A stretch of DNA of 64,000 bases from Eledone cirrhosa. Its lineage: Eukaryota. The translations under genes were made by a program, and so were the position numbers. Positions within the stretch are counted from its first letter, which is position 1. The number at the start of each line of letters is the position of its first letter. The stretch covers positions 24,490,001 through 24,554,000 of the forward strand of contig OZ024762.1 in NCBI GenBank assembly GCA_964016885.1, given 5' to 3'. Shown here piece by piece: positions 55,602 to 64,000 of this stretch. The notes beneath the pieces were generated by a model, which worked only from the letters and a program-made list of their open reading frames with translations, made no database searches and was not told the origin of the DNA.

Positions 55602-55792
55602 AGGGCGGTGGGTTGGCAGTATCGGTAGAGGGTCGGACGCCATGCTTTCCAGCATAGAGTTACGTCCCTTTACGATCTGAGTTCAAATCCCGCCGAGGTT
55701 GACTTTGCCTTTCATCCTTACGGGGTCGATAAAATAAAGTACCAGTAATGCACTGGGTAATTGCTGGCCTTGTGCCTAAAGTAGAAACAATT
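55602..55792 (+). mobile_element. tRNA-derived SINE family A, full-length with about 21-bp TSD
   Basis: A-box TGGCAGTATCGG, B-box GAGTTCAAATCC, core gcctttcatccttacggggtcgataaaataaagtaccag (Meta-domain-like, from recall); TSD 55581-55601 / 55793-55813 with 2 mismatches. Confidence 0.9.
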
Positions 55793-55821
55793 ATCTCTTT
55801 TAACTTTTTACCATTCACATT

Positions 55822-55873
<52 letters not shown>

Positions 55874-57039
55874 CACAGTCCACACTGTAATATGGTTGTG
55901 TAGTTAACACAGCAAAAAGCCCCCAGTCCACACTGTAATATGGTTGTGTAGGTAACACAGCAAAAAGCCCCCAGTCCACACTGTAATGTGGTTGTGTAGG
56001 TAACACAGCAACAAGCTCCCAGTCCACACTGTAATGTGGTTGTGTAGGTAACACAGCAAAAAGCCCCCAGTCCACACTGTAATGTGGTTGTGTAGGTAAC
56101 ACAGCAAAAACCTCCCAGCCCCACACCGTAAATGTGGTTGGTGTTAGGAAGGGCTTCCAGCTGTAGAAAACCTGCCAATTAGTCCTATACTAACGAGACA
56201 CGGTCACCCGACTAATCTTGCCTCAAATGGGACAATTCCCGCCTAACCCATGCTAGCGTGGAAGATATATGTTAAACAATGATGATGATGATACTATCTA
56301 GGTGGTGAATTAGCAGAGATGTTAGAACGTCAGATTGAATGCTTTACAGTATTCATTCAGACTCTCTGCTCTCTGAGTTCAAATTCCGCCGAGGTCAACT
56401 TTGCCTTTCATCCTTTCGATGTCATTAAAAAAAGTACCAGTCTTGTACTGGGGTCGATTCTTCCTCTATATCTCTTTCTATCTTTCTCTGGAAGAAATCT
56501 GCTGTACTCAGGCCTGGAGAGGGATGGGCTCTGCTAGGCTTAGAAATGGCCAAGAAATGCCGTATGACAATATGTGCTTCTTCGTCTCTACCAAGAGTTA
56601 CAGACCATACATATATACATACATACATATATACTATTGTATTTTCACGGTACAGGCTTTAACTTAGATAATGTCTCACATAATTGAGAATCTATGAGAT
56701 TTCGATATTATTTATTTTGAGAACAATACCTTAACATAAATATGAGTGGCCAGTTACTGCTGGTTTGAATTGAAAGAAGTGAGACAATTCTGCCCAGATG
56801 TGGCCAGGTTAAATGCTAAAGGTTAAAAAAACAAACAATCAAAAACATACTGTAATAATTTAGCAGAGAAATATCTAAAAGCAGGTTTGTCCCTCCAAAT
56901 GTTTTTAATGTCTTTCTTAATGGACAGATCATTGTGAAAATTTGATGCAGTCATTAGTGCTGTTTTGTGTCTATCAAGGAATATTTTGTTAATGCATTTT
57001 CGTGTGGTACAGGATATAATAAATTAAATAGAGTAAACA

Positions 57040-57400
57040 CACACATACACCAAAGAAGACGTCACTGTGTGGTGCCAAAGGTCCCGTCTTTCATATCTAG
57101 AATAAGGAGCAAATATTGCAATAGCCTGGGTTTCAAAGGCCCTCAACTCTTCAACAACCTCCCAAGAAATTTGAGAGATCCACATGGTGTGAACGTGGAT
57201 GTTTTCAAGAAACCCTGTTATCCAGGATTGTAGATGAGCCCACAGCACAGAATAAAGGTAACCTAAGGCCAGCAGCAATGAACTATCTCTTACGCTAATG
57301 GCCAGCCAACAGTGTCTGGATATAGAATATGTAGCAACAAGGGCAGTGCCCCTGCATGGCTTCAGCTGGATGGCTGGAGCAGGTAAACGAATAAAAGAGT
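57040..57400 (+). mobile_element. CR1/L2-like LINE 3' fragment
   Basis: SLGFKGPQLFNNLPRNLR...VDVFKK typical of the RT C-terminal region. Confidence 0.7.
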
Positions 57401-58783
57401 ATACGCGATGTGTATCTAGTTTAGGACGTATATTTCTGACATACATTTACAAATATAGATACATACATGCTCACACAGAAGACTATAAATGTTTGATGAT
57501 ATGTAATTAACAATATATATTCTAGATTTCTGGAGATTAATTGAAAGCGACAGTGAAGAGTAGAAATATATAGAACTGTTTGAAGTCTCTGTGTTTTAGT
57601 TATTTTATTCTCTATCTGTTTGAAGTATAGCTTAACATTGATGTATGTTAACTTCGTTTCATCTAGAGGTTATGTGTTTGTGTCTGCGATTACATATTTG
57701 TGTGTGTACATGTGTCTGCATGTGTGTGTGTGTGTACATGTCTGCATGTGTGTGTGTGTGTGTACATGTGTCTGCATGTGTGTGTGTGTGTGAGTGTGTA
57801 CATGTGTCTGCATGTGTGTCTGTGTGTACATGTGTCTGCATGTGTGTCTGTGTGAGTGTGTACATGTGTGTATCAGTTAACTGGTTGACAAAAGAAGTAC
57901 CAGGTTTATGTGTTAGATCTGTTTTTAAAATGATTTACATCTGAGTGGTAAAAGATAAGGCCACATGCCAGTCATTTGAATCACCAAGATACTTACTTAA
58001 CAATGACTTTGTGTGTGTGTGTTTGTGTGTGTTTGTTTGTGTGTGTGTTTGTGTGTGTGTGTGTGTATATATGTATGCTAGAAGGTAACAACTTGGCAGA
58101 ATGGTTAGAACATCAGATAGAATGTTTTGCAGTATTCATTTCAGCTCTCTGCTCTCAAATCTCACTAAGGTCATCTTTGCCTTTCATCCATTTGAAGTCA
58201 ATATAAAAAGTACCAGTCTAATACTGGGGTCGATTCTTCCTCTATAGCTCTTTCTCACTTTCTATCCTTCTCTGGAAGAATTCTGCTGTATTCTGACCTG
58301 GCGAGGGATGGGACCTGCAAGGTTTTAAAATGTAGATGAAACCCTGTAGATGAATGTGGTGCCCCTATGACTTAACCAGGAGCTGCGGGACTATACATAC
58401 ATATATACTATTGTATTTTCGTGGTACAGGCTTTATCTTACGTAATATAGAATCTATGAGATTTTAATATTATTTAATTTGAAAACAATACCTTAACATA
58501 AGTATGAGTGGCCAGTTATGGCCAGTTTGTACTGAAAGAGTTGACAGAAATCTGGCTGGATATGGCTGGAAGAAATCTACTGTAGTCAGATTTGGTGCGG
58601 GGATGGGCTCTGCCAGATTTTAAAATGCCCTAGATATGTTGTGTGTCTATACAGAGGCCCTATGACTCCCTCAACTGTTATAGGGCCATGGAGGCATACA
58701 TGTATGTGTGTGTGTGTGTGCCCTTTACGGCTAATCCCTCAAAACTTGTTTCGTTGATCTGACTTGTATTGTTCTATTTTCAG

Positions 58784-58844
58784 TGGAGTGTATCACCAAG
58801 ACCCCTTCTTAGCAGCGACATATGCAGCAGCTGATCGATATCAA
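58784..58844 (+). CDS. RBFOX: RBFOX exon (GVYHQDPFLAATYAAADRYQ)
   Basis: ttttcag acceptor with upstream ctgac branch-like site, gtaagt donor; phase 2 in, 0 out; resembles the VYQD/YDPFLAA segment of the Fox-1 C-terminal domain. Confidence 0.9.
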
Positions 58845-59861
58845 GTAAGTGAACCCCTAATTCTCTCCTCTTTGTGTTGTTAATGTTTAACTCTAACGTT
58901 AGCTCTGATCCCTAATCAATTCTACCCCTCCCCTACTTTCCTCCCTGATGTTTTTACTGATATTTAACCCCAAATTTTCCTTAATTTGGCAGATCCCTAA
59001 TCAATTCTAATCCTGCCCTTTTTTCATTTCTGTTACTTTTCCCTTATCTAGCAGATCCCTAATTCAGTCTTCTCTGGCCCTATTTTACTTTATATTTTTG
59101 TCCTTATTTAGCCCCTGATTGGCTCTCATCCAATAGATCCCTAATCCAGTCTACTGTAGCCCTATTTTCCTCTATGATAATTTTGTTGTTGTTGAACCCT
59201 AGGTCTGCTGTGATCCAGGAGTCCCACCCCTATATATAATATATGACATTCCAGGCCATAACTATCCCCTACCTTTTAATAGTTCTAGAAGCAACCCAAG
59301 ATGTGGTTCTGGTTCTCAGCCCCATCTAGTTAAGGGCCGCCTGTGCCGAGATGGTGGTGGTGGTGGTGGTGGTGGGGAGGGTGCATCTGACTCATGCCAC
59401 CATAGAAAAATAGATGCAGGATGATGATGTTCATCATCATCAGTGGTGCAGTGCTGGTGGGGGAGGGGGGGGGGGGGTGTGCATATGCACTACACCCCCT
59501 AAAAAAATATTGAGTTTGGCGCGCCCATTTGGCCTGTCCCTCCTTATAACGGAGCCATCCAGTTCCACACTGTAAATGTTGGTGTTAGGAAGGGCATCCA
59601 GCTGTAGAATACCCAGCTAAATTTAGTCTTTGTCGGAGCAAGGCACAGTGTGGCCAATTCTGGTCAAATTTGCCTCCCAGCATGGACAACCTGTTTAACC
59701 CTTGCAAGCATGGGAAATGGAAGCTAAATGGATATGATGATGATAATGATAATGATGTTGGAAAATCATGAACGTTTGCAGCCCATAAAAATGATAGGAG
59801 CAATATATTTATCTTGTGATGATGATGGTGGGGGCGATGAACATGTGTATATTTTTGTTTG

Positions 59862-60400
59862 CTGGATTGGCAGTATTGTTATTGCCCTTTACTTTCTGAG
59901 TTCAAATCCCACCGAGGTCAGCTTTGCCTTTCATCCTTATGGCGTTGATAAAATAAAGCACCAGTAACACACTGGGGGCAAATTTAATCGAATTTCCCCT
60001 CCCCCAAAATTGCTATAAAATTGCCATGTGCCTATAGTAGAAACAATTATTATTATTATCATTATTATAAGTAGCAGAGAGATTAGCAGTATCGGTAGAG
60101 GGTCGGACGCCATGCTTTGCAGCATAGAGTTATGCCCCTTTACGGTCTGAGTTCAAATCCCGCCGAGGTTAACTTTGCCTTTCATCCTTACGAGGTCGAT
60201 AAAATAATGCAAAGGTCACGTACTGGGGTCTATTTAATCGACTTTCACCTCCCCCAAAAATTGCTGGCCTTGTGACTATACTAGAAATCATTATTTATAA
60301 GTACGAGTAATGCACTGGGGTCGATTTAATCAAATCTCCCCCCTCCCTCCCCGCCCCCAAAAAAACTTTGCTGGCCTTGTGCCTAAATCAGAAACCATAA
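59862..60400 (+). mobile_element. SINE family A cluster ending about 25 nt before the 60425 exon acceptor
   Basis: Three SINE bodies/fragments in tandem. Confidence 0.82.
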
Positions 60401-60424
60401 TTTTTATTTTTCTCTATTTTGCAG

Positions 60425-60522
60425 CTTGTTACAACCCAGCCATATGCAGCTGCAGGTTACGCAGCCGCGACACGCTATGCAATTCCCACAGTAGCAGCAA
60501 CAGCAGCCACGTATGCTGCTGG
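60425..60522 (+). CDS. RBFOX: RBFOX exon (LVTTQPYAAAGYAAATRYAIPTVAATAATYAAG); gene continues beyond window
   Basis: tttgcag acceptor, gtaagt donor; phase 0 in, 2 out; Ala/Tyr-rich like the Fox-1 C-terminal domain. Confidence 0.88.
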
Positions 60523-60843
60523 GTAAGTTCCCCTTTTTTTTATTTTTTATTACCAGCCCCTGTTCCCCCCTGTATTTTTTTTTTCATTTACGTTTTGTTT
60601 TTGTTGATTATGCCAAAAAGATACGTTGTTCTTCCTACCACCACTACCACCAACACCACCGCCTCCATCATCGAATTTACCCCATCCCTTAACCTCAACC
60701 CGCCACCTCGAAGAAGTATAAACCTCTTGCTAGATGTCAATGTTTTCCATATATATTCTAATCAATTAACTCAAAGAAATTCTTTGATCTTTAATCAACC
60801 AGTCAGGTAACCAACACACACATATATATATTTATCCATATGT

Positions 60844-60924
60844 ATTTCGCCTGATGATATAACTGATAAATATGGATTGCACTTATGTAAGATTGTCAGT
60901 CCATGAAACCTGTGGTTGCACAAT
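60844..60924 (+). ncRNA. Degenerate hammerhead motif with long stem II
   Basis: CTGATGA at 60851; ACTGATAA/TTGTCAGT stem II; GAAA at 60905; CC-tgt-GG-TT stem III; weak stem I. Confidence 0.5.
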
Positions 60925-61646
60925 GAATTATTGTGTGTATAGATCTAATAATGGTAATGATATATGTGTATAAATAAAGATGGATACAGTAAGAAACTGG
61001 TTCGACCTTTACTCACCAGAGTACTCAATACTTGGGGTAGTAGAGTGTGGTTATATGCTAGTTCCATTCAGTCTGCAACTAGCTTTTGAAAGGGTGGCAA
61101 AAGTTCAGCTGTCGGGGTCCTGACTTTTTCATATATATTTTATATCTATATATATATATATAAATCATCATCATCATCATCATCATTTCATTTTACGTCC
61201 GCTTTTTCCCTGCTTGCAAGGGTGGGACAGGAACTGATTCTGGCTTGGTTTCTACAGCTGGATGCCCTTCCTAACACCAACCTCATTTACAGTGAGTGCT
61301 TGGTGCTTTTTTGCCGTGGCACCTCCACGACCACTTTACAGTGGAATGATAGGGACCCCAGTCCCTATCATCTCATTTCTACAGCTGAGTAAACTGGAGC
61401 AATGTGAAATAAAGTGTCTTGTTCAAGGAAACAACACATCACCCGGTCTGAGAATTGAACTCACAACCTTTTGATATATATATATATATATACCTTGAAA
61501 TATATATATATATATATATATACCTTGCGATCATTGAAAAAGATTGTGAGAGTGATAATGATACAGCGCTTCAGGACTGACATGTCCAATTCTTGCTAGC
61601 AGAGAAAGTGGACATTAACCCTTTAGCATTTACATTACTTTATATA

Positions 61647-61832
61647 GGCGGTGGATTGGCAGTATTGGTAGATTGTCGGATGCCATGCTTTGGCGCATAG
61701 AGTTACGGCCCTTGCCATTCTGAGTTCAAATCCCGCCGAGGTTAACTTTGCCTTTCATCCTTACGGGGTCGATAAAATAAAGTACCAGTAATACACTGGG
61801 TAATTGCTGGCCTTGTGCCTAGCGTAGAAACA
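61647..61832 (+). mobile_element. SINE family A nested in piggyBac-like MITE
   Basis: 13-bp TSD attactttatata at 61634-46 and 61833-45. Confidence 0.9.
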
Positions 61833-62210
61833 ATTACTTTATATATACTATTGTATTTTCACGGTAAAGACTTTATTTCCCATAATTATCTCATTAATGT
61901 CGAATCTCCGAGATTTTGATATCATTTATTTTGAGAACAATACTTCAATGTTGGAAGAGTGGCTGGTTACGGCCAGTTTGAACAGAAAGTGTTGAAAGAA
62001 TTCTGGCCAGATTCAGCCAGTTTAAATGCTAAAGATGACAATGATGATACTCTGCTTCAGAACTGACATGGTCTCTGTAGACATGTCGAACCCATGCTAG
62101 CAGGGAAAATCGACATTAAGCCATGATGATGATGATAATGATATATATCGACCATCTGCATTATGTAATTATTCGGATATCATTATTCTCATTATCATCT
62201 AATGCCACAA

Positions 62211-62640
62211 GGGTGGTGGATTGGCAGTATCGGTAGAGGGTCTGACTCCATGGGTGGGGGATTGGCAGTATCGGTAGAGGGTCTGACTTCATGAGTGGGG
62301 GATTGGCAGTATCGGTAGAGGGTCTGACTCCATGGGTGGGGGATTGGCAGTATCGGTAGAGGGTCTGACACCATGGGTGGGGGATTGGCAGTATCGGTAG
62401 AGGGTCTGACACCATGGGTGGGGGATTGGCAGTATCGGTAGAGGGTCTGACACCATGGGTGGGGGATTGGCAGTATCGGTAGAGGGTCTGACACCAGGCT
62501 TTGCAAGCAAAGAGTTACAGTCCTTTATGATCTGAGTTCAAATCCCCTCGAGGTTCACTTTCATCCTTATGGGGTCGATAAAATAAAGTACCGGTAATAC
62601 ACTGGGATAATTTCTGGCCTTGTGCCAAAAGTTAAAATAA
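62211..62640 (+). mobile_element. SINE family A with its 41-bp head amplified 7 times
   Basis: gggtgggggattggcagtatcggtagagggtctgacaccat x7 followed by the remainder of the SINE. Confidence 0.88.
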
Positions 62641-64000
62641 TTATCATCTTATGCCACATTTTAAAGTTAAACATATTAGAATATATAAAAAAAAACATAA
62701 TGAGCCAGTTTGGGAATTTCCCCATGGGGAGAGGGGCAGGGTCACTCTTATTATTTTAGATGTTTCTTTGTTTTTATCTGCTCTCTCCCCTGATTTAAGC
62801 CCCTCCCCTCTGTCCCAAGCCCCTCTGCCTCAAGCCCCTCCACTCATCTTAGAGCTCTCTTCTCCCTGCCGCATTATGTATTTGTGGTGGTGGTGGTGGT
62901 GGTGCTTGTGGTAGTATTGGTGGTGGTGGTGGTGTTGGTGATGTTGGTGGTGCTGAAGTGTATGTAGTCTTATCAAAGTTTACAAACACACCTCCTCCTC
63001 TACCTACTTCTCTTAAATTTGTTTTTGTTGTTGTTGCTGTTACCCCACCCCCCTCCCCATGGATTCGTCTGTCTGTCTGTTTGTCTGTTTATCTGGAAGG
63101 TTTTTTTTATTTTTTTTTATTTTTTTTTTACTCTTTACCCCAACTTTGTAATATTCCCTATTTCTGAGTTGTCAACTGTGTTTATGTGTGTGTATGTACA
63201 TGTGTATGCACATATATATATATGTGTCATACTTGCACACATGGCTAAATATGTTCGTCTGTAACTAGATAGGTGTGTGTGTGTGTGTGTGTATATATAC
63301 ATATATATGATATATATGATATATATATATTATATTATATATATATATATTTTGCTGGCTCGTGTTGCTTGCATCTAGAAACTACACATTGACCACTTTA
63401 TTTGTTAACCTTTCCTTCTTACTTGTGGCTTTTTATTCCAGTAACTCTCTCCCACTGCTACTTTCTCTCTTACTCTTACTCTCCACAACACTACAACTTT
63501 ACACACTGCCCGCCCACCCATCCCTTGCAGTCACATACATGCACATACTTCACTGACCTACAAACACTCCATGCATTCACATAGTAAAAACCCCTTCGGT
63601 CTCGAATGACCATGGAGATTTGCACTGAGAAAGTTCCCTGCCGAGGCACAAGTCCTGGCAAGGTGCAAGGTTGTTTGCGGAAGACTAGCTTCGCCTAGTC
63701 ATACCAGTCTCCCCTCTCCACACCACTGCTGTTGTCCAAGGGAAAGCAATGGTTGATACAGCTTGGCACCAGTGACATCACAACTCATTTCTACAGCTGA
63801 GTAAAGTGTGGAGCAACATCGAATAAAGTGTCTTGCTCAAGAACACAACGCAAAGCTTGGTCCGAGAATAGAACTCACAACCTCAGGATTTTAAGCCCGA
63901 TTCTCTAACCATTAAGCCACGTGCCTTCACATACACATAGATACATCAATACACACATACACAGACATACACATAATTACACATAAACACACACATAGAT

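Overview
This is eukaryotic, very AT-rich, microsatellite-saturated animal DNA. The SINE types, (TA)n density and protein sequence suggest a mollusc, probably an octopus/coleoid (inference only). Almost all ORFs in the supplied track are simple-repeat artefacts. The real gene is a + strand RBFOX/Fox-1 splicing factor with five phase-compatible coding exons (23266-23358, 36914-36974, 55406-55553, 58784-58844, 60425-60522) separated by huge introns; its 5' and 3' ends lie outside the window. The 93-nt RRM exon has UGCAUG RBFOX sites abutting both splice sites, a donor-overlapping hairpin and flanking inverted SINEs, which suggests conserved autoregulation. The introns hold two tRNA-derived SINE families, piggyBac-, hAT- and Tc1-like MITEs, RTE/CR1/R4-type LINE fragments and several TE-derived minisatellites. 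The most striking unexplained signal is about 10 type I hammerhead-ribozyme motifs (CUGANGA...GAAA...NUH, often with a palindromic stem III) from several unrelated sequence families. Many sit inside long fold-back inverted repeats embedded in (TA)n tracts, consistent with a diverse population of non-autonomous Penelope-like/retrozyme elements. All structures were read by eye; no searches or folding computations were run.
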